Shown: in pieces, positions 31,572-41,038 of the stretch
Numbering within the stretch: the stretch's first letter is position 1
How the letters are laid out: every line of letters starts with the position of its first letter
Source of the DNA: an uncultured Hyphomicrobiales bacterium
GTDB taxonomy: Bacteria; Bacteroidota; Ignavibacteria; Kapaibacteriales; UBA2268
Direction: 5' to 3'
Length of the DNA: 64,000 nt
NCBI GenBank assembly: GCA_964581505.1
Contig: CAZOOR010000004.1
Location: 3,610 to 67,609, forward strand
The notes under the pieces: model-generated
The model's database searches: none
What the model was told of the DNA's origin: nothing
What the model saw: only the letters and a program-made list of their open reading frames with translations
Program-made: the position numbers and the translations under genes

Positions 31572-32384
31572 ATGTTTGATGAATTAAAACAATGTGCCAT
31601 TGATGCCGCCTTACTCGGAGGAAAAATCCTCAAAGAAGGCTTTGGCACTAACTTTAGAATATCTTCCAAAGAAGGAAAGAACAATCTTGTTACGGAATAC
31701 GACAACAAATCCGAACAGGCAATAATCGAATTAATTAAATCACGTTTTCCATCTCATCGCTTTTGGGCGGAGGAAAGCGGTGTTAGCGGTGAGGAATTCG
31801 CTGAAATCACTTGGGTAATTGACCCGCTGGACGGTACCGTTAATTTCGCTCACAACTTGCCGATTTTTAGCGTCAGTATTGCCGCCATCAAAGGAAAAGA
31901 AATCCTATGCGGTGTTGTTTATCAACCAATGCTTGATGAGCTTTTTGTAGCAGTCCAAGGACAAGGTGCAAGCTTGAACGGCAAGGAAATTACTCCCTCG
32001 AACACTTCCGATATGTCAGTCTCTTTTTTAGTAACGGGTTTTCCATACAATGTTCACGAAAATCCTGGTTATTGCATTAATCAATTTGTTGATATTATTC
32101 ATAATGGTATCCCAATTCGACGACTTGGCTCTGCGGCTCTAGACCTTGCCTATGTCGCTTGTGGCCGTTTTGACGGATTCTGGGAAATCAATTTACATCC
32201 TTGGGACGTAGCCGCAGGTGTTTTGCTTATTAACGAAGCAGGTGGTAAAGTTACACAATATAATAGAGATGATTATTGGCTTACTGATAATAATATTCTT
32301 ACATCTAACGGTATTGTGCATAATCAAATATCCAATTCTTTAATTTCGTGTTACACTGAGTTTTCACAGAATAATGAAAATTGA
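31572..32384 (+). CDS. suhB: Inositol monophosphatase family protein (SuhB-like)
   Basis: WVIDPLDGTVNF and WDVAAG motifs. Confidence 0.8.
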   Translation: MFDELKQCAIDAALLGGKILKEGFGTNFRISSKEGKNNLVTEYDNKSEQAIIELIKSRFPSHRFWAEESGVSGEEFAEITWVIDPLDGTVNFAHNLPIFSVSIAAIKGKEILCGVVYQPMLDELFVAVQGQGASLNGKEITPSNTSDMSVSFLVTGFPYNVHENPGYCINQFVDIIHNGIPIRRLGSAALDLAYVACGRFDGFWEINLHPWDVAAGVLLINEAGGKVTQYNRDDYWLTDNNILTSNGIVHNQISNSLISCYTEFSQNNEN

Positions 32385-33243
32385 TGTTTACTATATGTCA
32401 GGAGCAGGTAATCTGTTTTCTGTTATTGATAACAGAAAATACAAGTTTGATATTAATACCTTGAAACAACTCTCCCCTATTCTTTGTAGTAAAAATGAGT
32501 ATAATAATTTCATTAGTGAGGGATTTATTGCAATAGAAGATTCCGATTCTTATGATTTTACTGCAAAGTTTTTCAATCCTGACGGTTCCTTTGGGGCAAT
32601 GTGTGGAAATGGTGGCAGATGCGCTGTTCATTTTGCTTTTCATAATAAATTTTTTACTAATAATGCAAACATATTGTTTGATATGGCAGACAATATTTAT
32701 GAAGCAAAAATAGAAAGAGATGGTAATATCACATTAAAATTTCCGCCACCTGTAGAAATAGTACTTAATAAAATAATCGAAATTGATACTTTAAATTTCA
32801 ATCTTACATATATTGATGTCGGTTCACCACATGCAGTTATTAATTATTCAGAACTAAATCTAAATATGCCATTCCGAGAATTTGATATATCTAAATATGG
32901 TAAATCAATTCGTTACCATAATGAATTTCAACCTTCCGGAGTGAATGCTAATTTTTACTTAATTGACAAGAATTGTATCCAATTGCGAACTTATGAACGT
33001 GGTGTTGAAGCAGAAACAGGTGCCTGTGGCACAGGCGCTATTTCAACAGCTATTGCAGGTCATTTCTTGCACGGACTCCCGTTTCCTATTACAATTATTC
33101 CACCTAGCCGGCAACCACTTTCTGTCAATTGTACATTAGTTGGAAATACTATAACTAATTTATTTTTATGCGGACCGACAGATATTTTGAACAAAACAAC
33201 AATTGATATTCCTAAATTTTTTCTTGAGGCAAGCAATGATTAG
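32374..33243 (+). CDS. dapF: Diaminopimelate epimerase
   Basis: SGAGNLF, NPDGSFGAMCGNGGRC, ETGACGTGA motifs (both catalytic Cys). Confidence 0.9.
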   Translation: MKIDVYYMSGAGNLFSVIDNRKYKFDINTLKQLSPILCSKNEYNNFISEGFIAIEDSDSYDFTAKFFNPDGSFGAMCGNGGRCAVHFAFHNKFFTNNANILFDMADNIYEAKIERDGNITLKFPPPVEIVLNKIIEIDTLNFNLTYIDVGSPHAVINYSELNLNMPFREFDISKYGKSIRYHNEFQPSGVNANFYLIDKNCIQLRTYERGVEAETGACGTGAISTAIAGHFLHGLPFPITIIPPSRQPLSVNCTLVGNTITNLFLCGPTDILNKTTIDIPKFFLEASND

Positions 33244-34417
33244 TCCCGACACAATTAAAACAGATGTAGAGAAAATATTTAAGTATTTACAAAAAGTAAG
33301 AAGAACTATACATCAGTATCCCGAGCTATCATTCAAGGAATATAAGACATCAAGATTACTCCGCTATGAGTTGGAGCGGCTTGGCATCAATTATGAACGA
33401 GTACTTGACACCGGATTAATTGCTCGTATCGGTACAGGTAAGAAGTTAATCGCACTCCGAGCAGATATTGACGCCCTACCCATTAATGAAGAAACCGATG
33501 CAGACTTCGCCTCTACTGTCCCAAATATAATGCACGCTTGTGGTCATGATATGCATACAGCTATGTTACTTGGTGCGGCTCGTCTGCTAAAAAATTATGA
33601 AGACAAACTAAATGGTACTGTACTTATTATTTTTCAACCTGGTGAAGAAAAGCTACCCGGCGGAGCTTCTCAAATAATCGAAACGGAAATACTCAATAAT
33701 CCAAAACCGGAATATATTTTTGGTCAGCATGTTTTCCCTGCCGAATCAAGCGGCACTATTTCAATTAATTCCGATTATGTAATGGCATCTGCCGATGAAC
33801 TCTATTGGACAATAAATGGTAAAGGCGCCCACGCCGCTCAACCGCATCTCGGAAACAATCCGGTTATCGCCGGTGCAAATATTATTACACAAGTTCAGAC
33901 TTTGCTCAATTCGATTAATAATCCTATTTCTCCGGCAGTACTGACAATTACTTCTATACATGGCGGCAATGCTCCAAATATTATACCCGAAGAAATTAAA
34001 ATTTCCGGCACATTAAGAACCTTTGATAATGAATTGCGTTTTGAACTTCTAAAAAGAATTGAGGAATTAAGTATTACTACAGCGGCAAATTATGGTTGCA
34101 AGTGTAATTTTTCTCCATTGGTGGGCTACCCACCGTTAAAAAATGATATAAAAGCAACTGAATTAATTTCAAAGACTGCTACCGAACTAATAGGTAAGGA
34201 AAATGTGAAAAAATTTGAACCGAAAATGTGGGCTGAAGACTTTGCTTATTATTACGAAAAAGCGAGTATTCCTTCTTGCTTCTGGTTTCTCGGTGTTAAG
34301 CATAGGGATACTGCCACAATGCCTGGACTTCATCACCCTCAATTCTTACCTGACGAAGAAGCAATGAAAACAGGTACGGCTTTGTTTGTTGCCAGCGCAT
34401 TGAAAGCATTAGAATAG
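33236..34417 (+). CDS. M20-family amidohydrolase (N-acyl-L-amino-acid amidohydrolase/hippuricase-like)
   Basis: HACGHDMH metal-binding motif; ~394 aa; ATG at 33236 (ORF track starts at upstream in-frame 33203). Confidence 0.8.
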   Translation: MISPDTIKTDVEKIFKYLQKVRRTIHQYPELSFKEYKTSRLLRYELERLGINYERVLDTGLIARIGTGKKLIALRADIDALPINEETDADFASTVPNIMHACGHDMHTAMLLGAARLLKNYEDKLNGTVLIIFQPGEEKLPGGASQIIETEILNNPKPEYIFGQHVFPAESSGTISINSDYVMASADELYWTINGKGAHAAQPHLGNNPVIAGANIITQVQTLLNSINNPISPAVLTITSIHGGNAPNIIPEEIKISGTLRTFDNELRFELLKRIEELSITTAANYGCKCNFSPLVGYPPLKNDIKATELISKTATELIGKENVKKFEPKMWAEDFAYYYEKASIPSCFWFLGVKHRDTATMPGLHHPQFLPDEEAMKTGTALFVASALKALE

Positions 34418-34444
34418 TTTGATTATATAATAAGAACTTTTAAT

Positions 34445-34477
34445 AAAAAAAGCCGCTCGAAAGCGGCTTTTTTTTAA
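34445..34477. terminator. Bidirectional Rho-independent terminator
   Basis: AAAAAAAGCCGCT cgaa AGCGGCTTTTTTTT between convergent genes. Confidence 0.8.
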
Positions 34478-34491
34478 CATTTGCCAGAAGA

Positions 34492-35673
34492 TTATTTAGC
34501 TCTGAAGAATTCTACTCTTCTGTTTTTCTGCATATTTTCCGGCGAATTATTAGGAACTATCGGCTCGTCAGGACCTTTACCGTCTGTTGTCAATCTCGTT
34601 CCGTCAATACCTTTTTTGACCAACCAAGTTTTGACTGCGGCGGCTCTATCTTTTGATAGCTGCATATTGAAATCTCTCGAACCGGAATTATCAGTATGTC
34701 CGACAATTTTAAGTTCCATCTCCGGACGGCTTTGCAATGCTTTAAGCACGAAACCGAGTATTCTTTCGGATTTATTAGTAATGTCTGCTTTGCTTGTGGC
34801 AAACTCAATGTTTCTAAGAATTAATTTTCCACCAACGGGAATACTAAGAATATCATCATCAGCATCTAATGGGTCGGCGCCGTTATTAACTTCAATACCG
34901 TCAATAATACCACCACCGTCAGTATCAGGGTCTAATGGGTCTGTTTTGTATTTATTGACCTCTTCGCCGTCAAGCAAACCGTCATCGTCAGTATCGGGAT
35001 TATTCGGGTTTGTGCCGATTTCTTTTTCATACTCATCAGTAAGTCCGTCTCCATCACTATCTCTTTTGATGACTGCAACAGTGTAATGAATACCTAAACG
35101 CCCGTTCCAGTTGCCGTCTGCCCAATCGTCATAAACAGGATTGAAATCATCAGTTGTACTTAAACCGAGACCAAAGTTAAAATCAAGTCCCCAACTATTT
35201 GATAAATCATAAGTAAAGCCTGCAAGAATAGGAATACTCATAGCAAAACCGTTATCAGATGATTCAGGGTCGCGGTTTGTCGGTAGTTCGCTTACTGAGA
35301 AAATATTTGCACCAATACCAAGTGCTAAATATGGATTAAATGTTGTCCCCGGGTCAAAGAAAGAGTATCTAACTCTCAATTCAGGAATAATCTGCGTGGT
35401 TTCGTATTGCGAAAATCCGTCAGTTCTGTCTGTTCCGTTTCCGAGATAAGTAAATGCGAATTCAGGTGTTAAATAATCACCCAAACCATTGATATAAAGT
35501 ACATAAGCACCAAAAAGAGGACCAAAAGTTCTGTCTTCTTGTCTTCCTTCGTTAATACCACGTGAAATACCGCCACCAATACCGACTGCTATTCTTTTAT
35601 CTTGTGCAAATGTATCATCTGCCCAGCTCAATAATAGAAAAGATGCTAAAAATAGAGTAATGATTTTCTTCAT
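34492..35673 (-). CDS. OmpA-family outer membrane protein with thrombospondin type-3 (TSP3) repeats
   Basis: signal peptide, N-terminal beta-barrel, DxDxDGxxD Ca-binding repeats (DSDGDGLTDEYE, DTDDDGLLDGEE), C-terminal OmpA domain (NSGSRDFNMQLSKDRAAAV). Confidence 0.8.
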   Translation of the reverse strand: MKKIITLFLASFLLLSWADDTFAQDKRIAVGIGGGISRGINEGRQEDRTFGPLFGAYVLYINGLGDYLTPEFAFTYLGNGTDRTDGFSQYETTQIIPELRVRYSFFDPGTTFNPYLALGIGANIFSVSELPTNRDPESSDNGFAMSIPILAGFTYDLSNSWGLDFNFGLGLSTTDDFNPVYDDWADGNWNGRLGIHYTVAVIKRDSDGDGLTDEYEKEIGTNPNNPDTDDDGLLDGEEVNKYKTDPLDPDTDGGGIIDGIEVNNGADPLDADDDILSIPVGGKLILRNIEFATSKADITNKSERILGFVLKALQSRPEMELKIVGHTDNSGSRDFNMQLSKDRAAAVKTWLVKKGIDGTRLTTDGKGPDEPIVPNNSPENMQKNRRVEFFRAK

Positions 35674-35997
35674 TAGAACCCTCCAATTTAATTAATTTAA
35701 AAATATTAAAAGAACAATTATCTTTATTAAAATATATAAACGATAGTTTATGCTATTCATTTTATTTTCTATTTTTCAATAATTCAAAAGCAATACGAAA
35801 TTGTAATAATTATTTTTATCAAATTAATTATATTCCTGTAAAATAGTGCAAAAACATCATTAATTCCTAATTATTTTTTATATTATTATCCTCATTTCCA
35901 ACATTTCCATTAGTTTTTCATCTGAAATTTTCTCAAATTCGTATTTAATAATTATTCATTACAAGTAATTATTATTCATAAAGGATAGAAATAACTA

Positions 35998-36507
35998 ATG
36001 AAATTTCTCGGAACCATAATAAAATGTAATGATGATGGAACATTAGTGCTTACCGATATTCCGGGTGAGCTGAGCGGCTTATCAATTCCGGCTGATGTTC
36101 TAATTGGCTATTCGGAACAAACGGCTTCGGCTTATGTTTTGGAGAGTTTTGAATTCAGAGGCAAGCGGCTAATTGTCAAGCTCAAACAAATCAATTCTTA
36201 TGGACGTGCTAAACAATTGATTGAAACGGGGATATTTATTGAAGCCGATTTATTGATTTTTGAAAATAATGAAGGACACTTTGTAAGCGATTTAGTTGAT
36301 TGCACTGTGATTGATGTTGATACTAATGAGATAATCGGCAAATTAATTGATGTATATACTATGCCCGCAAACGATGTCTGGATAGTTAAGACTAATGAAG
36401 GCGAGCTTCCGCTACCTGCTGTCAAGGAAGTAATTAGAGATGTTGATTTGGAAGAAAGAAAGATATTTATTAAAATGATTGACGGATTAAAGGATTTGAT
36501 TACATGA
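35998..36507 (+). CDS. rimM: 16S rRNA processing protein RimM
   Basis: 169 aa; RimM N-terminal beta-barrel + PRC barrel; directly upstream of and overlapping trmD. Confidence 0.7.
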   Translation: MKFLGTIIKCNDDGTLVLTDIPGELSGLSIPADVLIGYSEQTASAYVLESFEFRGKRLIVKLKQINSYGRAKQLIETGIFIEADLLIFENNEGHFVSDLVDCTVIDVDTNEIIGKLIDVYTMPANDVWIVKTNEGELPLPAVKEVIRDVDLEERKIFIKMIDGLKDLIT

Positions 36508-37193
36508 CAAACGGAATTAGAATTGATGTTATTTCCACACTACCAGATGTATTCGAATCGGTTATATCAACCGGTATTATTCGTATTGCCCGCGAGAAAG
36601 GATTAGCGGATATTCATATTCATAATCTGCATAATTATTCAAAAGATAAATATGGACATGTGGACTCTACCCCTTATGGCGGTGGTGCAGGTATGCTAAT
36701 TATGTGCGAACCTGTATTTGATTGTATTGAGCAATTACAAGCCGAGAGGAAATATGATGAGATTATTTTTCTCAGTGCGGACGGCGAAAAATATACTCAA
36801 AGTGCTGCAAATGAATTATCATTGAAACAAAATATAATTCTGCTGTGCGGCAGGTACAAGGGTATTGACCAAAGAATAAGAGACGCACTAATCACTCGGG
36901 AAATATCGGTCGGTGATTTTGTATTGAGTGGTGGCGAACTCCCTGCAATGATAATGATTGATTCTATTGTCAGGCTATTGCCCGGCGTATTGGGTGATGC
37001 AGAATCCGCTCTCGAAGATTCATTTCAGGACGGTTTGCTCGAACCCCCATATTACACACGCCCCGAAAATTTCAGGGATATGAAAGTTCCCAAAGTACTT
37101 CTCGAAGGAAATCACAAGGCAATCAAAGAATGGAGAATGGAAAAATCAAGAGAAAAAACAGAGCAAAGAAGACCTGATTTATTGGACGAATAG
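36504..37193 (+). CDS. trmD: tRNA (guanine37-N1)-methyltransferase
   Basis: SPOUT-class fold motifs ([34 protein letters not shown]). Confidence 0.9.
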   Translation: MTNGIRIDVISTLPDVFESVISTGIIRIAREKGLADIHIHNLHNYSKDKYGHVDSTPYGGGAGMLIMCEPVFDCIEQLQAERKYDEIIFLSADGEKYTQSAANELSLKQNIILLCGRYKGIDQRIRDALITREISVGDFVLSGGELPAMIMIDSIVRLLPGVLGDAESALEDSFQDGLLEPPYYTRPENFRDMKVPKVLLEGNHKAIKEWRMEKSREKTEQRRPDLLDE

Positions 37194-38021
37194 TTATCTT
37201 CTTACAGAATGATACTTGATTGAATCAACAACGGAGTAGGGCATAATAAATTTGCCGAAATTATCATCGTCATACTCCCTATTTCCGTGATAATCCGAAC
37301 CACCTGTTGCCAGTAGCCAATACTGAGAAGCAGTCTTTTTGTAGAAATTGATAGCGGCTTGGTCATGACTTGGGTGAACAACTTCAATACCGTCAATACC
37401 AATTTGGATAATTTTAGATAATTCGTCTTGCGAAAGGTATTTACCCGGATGAGCCAGAACAGCAACACCGCCTGCTTTGTTAATGACTTTTAAGGCTTGT
37501 GAGATTGAAAAATTGGATTTTGGTTCATAAGCGGGTTTGCCCTCTGCCAGATATTTCCAAAATGCTTCCTTGAGGCTTGGCACCATACCGGTTTCCGTCA
37601 ATACGCTTGCTATATGGGGACGGGCAATTGGAGCTTTGCCGGCTTTTTCTTCAACCTGCGAGAAATTAATATTCAGCCCGAGAGCATTCAATTTTTTTAC
37701 AATTTTTTCAGCACGTATATAACGCTCTTCTCTGAATTCTGCTACATAACGCAATAATTCAGCATTGCCGACATCGAAATTGTAGCCGAGGATATGGTAC
37801 TCCTTACCATCTTCGTAACAACTGAATTCGATACCGTCAATAATCTCAACAGAATATTCCTTACTAAAATCCCTTGCTTCAATACAACCGTCAATAGAGT
37901 CGTGGTCGGTTATACTAATTGCCGACAAGCCGGCATCAGCCGCCTTGCTGAGCAACTGTCGGGGTGTTAATATACCATCGGAATATGTTGTGTGAGTGTG
38001 TAAATCAACATAAGCTCCCAT
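37194..38021 (-). CDS. PHP-domain phosphoesterase, TrpH/YciV (RNase AM) family
   Basis: LHTHTTYSDG, ITDHD, VLAHPGKY, GGSDYHG motifs collinear with E. coli YciV. Confidence 0.75.
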   Translation of the reverse strand: MGAYVDLHTHTTYSDGILTPRQLLSKAADAGLSAISITDHDSIDGCIEARDFSKEYSVEIIDGIEFSCYEDGKEYHILGYNFDVGNAELLRYVAEFREERYIRAEKIVKKLNALGLNINFSQVEEKAGKAPIARPHIASVLTETGMVPSLKEAFWKYLAEGKPAYEPKSNFSISQALKVINKAGGVAVLAHPGKYLSQDELSKIIQIGIDGIEVVHPSHDQAAINFYKKTASQYWLLATGGSDYHGNREYDDDNFGKFIMPYSVVDSIKYHSVRR

Positions 38022-38348
38022 TAAAAAAATACCTTATTTAATCTTAATCAGGGATATAGACGTAATATGTTTAAATACATTGAAAATAATTACAAATTAT
38101 TTTTTTTGTTTGGCTGAAAAGCGATTAAATAATTTTTGCAGGAATACTCAATTTTAATTATGTTGGAGAAATATAAAGTAAATTATCTGTTTTTTAGCCG
38201 AGTATTTTACATTTCAGGATATAATTAAATTTAGTATTTAGGACGTACTTTAAACAAAGATGTGGTACTAAGTGAACTAACAGAAATGGCTTTTTTACCT
38301 AAGTATAAGCTGAAAGATGCGGTTATATTCTTTGAAATTGATAGTAAA

Positions 38349-38546
38349 ATTTCTACATTTTACTACTAATTTCTACACTTTATTACGAATTAGTGTATTT
38401 TTACTACACTGCCATACGATAAAGCGGCAATTATGAATTACGGCATAATTAGTTATTATTTCAATATGTTATGAGATTTACACCATTAACCCGTTTTCTA
38501 CACTTTACTACGAATTTCTACACTTTTCTACACTTTTCTACACTTC
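38349..38546. repeat. Two clusters of 11-bp direct repeats TTCTACACTT (>=6 copies) alternating with TACTACGAAT, plus an inverted copy (TAGTGTA)
   Basis: 38349-38412: TTCTACATTT TACTACTAAT TTCTACACTT TATTACGAAT TAGTGTATTTT TACTACACT; 38494-38545: TTTTCTACACTT TACTACGAAT TTCTACACTT TTCTACACTT TTCTACACTT. Confidence 0.85.
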
Positions 38547-38655
38547 GCTCCAAGTATATATTATTTTTCAAAGGACACAGAGTGAGCGAACACTCGTTTG
38601 CAATATAAATGAGTTAGAGTACAATCGCAAAGAAAGGGTTTAAAAATGTTTTAAA

Positions 38656-39690
38656 TCAGAAATATGTGCTTACCGCGAATTCATATTGTTCAATAAAAAT
38701 CTTTTTAAAAGCAGTAATATTATTCTGCTCATAAAATAATAGCATTGCCTTCTTATAATCAACACTATCAACCGTTCTGAAAGAAATTGGACAATAATTA
38801 TTATTAATCAAAATAGCATTACTGACAATCCTCGCAGTCCGTTTATTGCCATCAACAAATGGTTGGATATATGAAATAAGCATTAATGCCAAAAGTGCTT
38901 TTTCAAACACATTATTATTTCCGTTAATCAAATCACACATATTGGTAATGGCTTCTTTAATCTGAAATTCATTATCAATAGGCGTGTAATTAGTACCTGA
39001 AATGCCTACTCGTCTTTTTCTTATATTCCTATCCACAGCAAGTTCTTTTGTTAAAATACTATGAATATCTTCAATTTTAGGAACTATTATTGGAAATAAA
39101 TAATCGGGCTTATCAATAATAAAATCTATTGCATCTTTATGATTTAGCAACATTACCGCTTCTTCTTTGGTCTTGCCTGCGGCAGTTTCTCTTTCTTTCA
39201 ATAATTTTTCAGTTTCCAGTAATGAGTAAGTATTTCCTTCAATTTGTGAAGATTTCCAACTTAAATCAATAGCCAAGCGTTCCAATTCTTTTTTATACTG
39301 GAACTCACTTAGTTCCGAAATATTATTTAAGAAAATTTTCTGCAAAGAATTTAGTTTATTGATTTCATTTTCAGTAAATAACTTAACATTTGGTAAAATT
39401 CTCGTTAATAAATCAAAGTTAAAATTATTAATAATTACCCTTTCATCAATTTCTTTCCGATAGTATAAATCCAAATCAATTGGTTCAAATAATTTGAAAT
39501 ACGGTGAAATTTTATATCGGGTTGTTTTTCCTCTTCCCGTAACTATAACTAATTGATTTTCAATTAATTTTGAAAGAGTTCTTTTTATTGTAGCAATACT
39601 TTTTTTACGTACAATGCCTTGCAATATCTCATTTGATGAGCTTGCATCAGCGGATTTTAGATAATCTAATATTTCTTTTTCAATGTTCAT
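38656..39690 (-). CDS. Fic/Doc-family protein with N-terminal wHTH and degenerate catalytic motif
   Basis: 344 aa; SSQIEGNTYSLLETEKLL (conserved Fic upstream block) and YIQPFVDGNKRTAR at 38830-38865 in place of HPFx(D/E)GNGRxxR (His->Gln, Gly->Lys). Confidence 0.7.
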   Translation of the reverse strand: MNIEKEILDYLKSADASSSNEILQGIVRKKSIATIKRTLSKLIENQLVIVTGRGKTTRYKISPYFKLFEPIDLDLYYRKEIDERVIINNFNFDLLTRILPNVKLFTENEINKLNSLQKIFLNNISELSEFQYKKELERLAIDLSWKSSQIEGNTYSLLETEKLLKERETAAGKTKEEAVMLLNHKDAIDFIIDKPDYLFPIIVPKIEDIHSILTKELAVDRNIRKRRVGISGTNYTPIDNEFQIKEAITNMCDLINGNNNVFEKALLALMLISYIQPFVDGNKRTARIVSNAILINNNYCPISFRTVDSVDYKKAMLLFYEQNNITAFKKIFIEQYEFAVSTYF

Positions 39691-39829
39691 TTTACACCTT
39701 TCAGCTCACAAAGATAAGATATTCGGTTCAATAATACAAAAATATGAGCCGTATTTCCACTATATTTGAGCGGCAATAGGTTTTAAATCATACATATAGT
39801 CATTCAATTTGTTATTTAGTTTGCAGAGA

Positions 39830-40753
39830 TTATTTGTTAATCATTTTGATTAATTCTTCGGGTTCATAAACCATATCATATTCTTCTTTACGAATTTCAT
39901 TACTTGTTAAATCATTTTTTATTCTTTTCAGGAAGTTTTTAAAATCCTTATTAAGTGTCAGTTTATTAATCGTTTCCCAATCTAAATTATCTCTTGTTCT
40001 TGCAGGCAATAGTATCTCGGTAGATAAAGGGTCAGCAATATCAAGCTTAATGATACCAATACCAAAAGATGTTGAAAGACGGGTTAATTCATTCAAAAAA
40101 TCTTCATTATTAGATATCTCTGCGGCAACAAGATAGCTTTCATTAGCCCATGAAGAATTAGATACTGCTTGAAAAAAATTCTCTCTCAATTTACCTAAAT
40201 TCAAATCTCTTTTTAATTCAAATGAAATAATTTTGATTGAGTTATTTCCAACTGATGAACTTAAATTTAGCACTTCCGAACTCCATTCTCCAATTGGAAA
40301 ACAGCATCCAACAATATCAGGATGAACCCATTCGCCATATTCCTTTTTTTTGGATTTTGAATGATTAATTGTTTTTGTATAACATTTCAAATGATAAAAG
40401 GCAAAATGAGCTAAAAACGGATGCAAGTGTTTTTCAAGATATGATTTCTTATGTTTGTTTTCTGTTATGTCTTCGGTATTTTCAGACTTTTCTATTTTCT
40501 CTAAATCAAATAGATATTCCTGTTCTTTTAGATAAAATCTTTTTGGACGTTTCCCTACTACTGCAAAAATCGTGTTGGCGTTATCTCTTTCGTTTACATA
40601 AATCTGCGCCCCCAATGTAGCCCAAGGTGTTTTACCTTGACTATTCAATTTTGAATTATAGCCTTTATCCTCGGCAATCTTCCATATTTCATTTGCAGTT
40701 AATGGTTTCTTCTCTTCTATTAACACTTTCTCAGCTAATTCTAAAAATGTCAT
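39830..40753 (-). CDS. HARE-HTH domain protein fused to putative PD-(D/E)xK-like nuclease domain
   Basis: N-term MTFLELAEKVLIEEKKPLTANEIWKIAE...TPWATLGAQIY..FAVVGKRPKRFYL fits HARE-HTH; C-term EWVHPDIVG ... IISFELK candidate PD..ExK; tentative. Confidence 0.4.
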   Translation of the reverse strand: MTFLELAEKVLIEEKKPLTANEIWKIAEDKGYNSKLNSQGKTPWATLGAQIYVNERDNANTIFAVVGKRPKRFYLKEQEYLFDLEKIEKSENTEDITENKHKKSYLEKHLHPFLAHFAFYHLKCYTKTINHSKSKKKEYGEWVHPDIVGCCFPIGEWSSEVLNLSSSVGNNSIKIISFELKRDLNLGKLRENFFQAVSNSSWANESYLVAAEISNNEDFLNELTRLSTSFGIGIIKLDIADPLSTEILLPARTRDNLDWETINKLTLNKDFKNFLKRIKNDLTSNEIRKEEYDMVYEPEELIKMINK

Positions 40754-41038
40754 TATGTATGAACCCCCTAACTAATTAAACAATGCTTTTTACTTATGTT
40801 AATTATTCGTATTCTAATATCACGATTTATGATATTTTTTTAATACCCATTATTCTACTTCTTCACTGTTTTTATTTTCGTTCTTTATTATAAAGCAATA
40901 TAATAAATTTTATGCTACTGTTTTACACACAGGTAATATTTGCTGTGGGAATTGATGTTATATAGATAGAATAAGATATACTTGGCTCATTTGCCTGTAT
41001 TGAGCAACAAAAGATATGCAGGATTCCAATAAGAAGAA

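Noticed and set aside
38349-38546. Possible CRISPR array
   Set aside because: Repeat units are 10-11 bp and abut each other without unique spacers, and no cas genes are present. Called an iteron-like repeat instead.
38022-41038. Classical integrative mobile element (integrase, transposase or attachment-site direct repeats)
   Set aside because: No integrase or transposase ORF and no obvious flanking direct repeats are seen. The insert is described as a low-GC island only.
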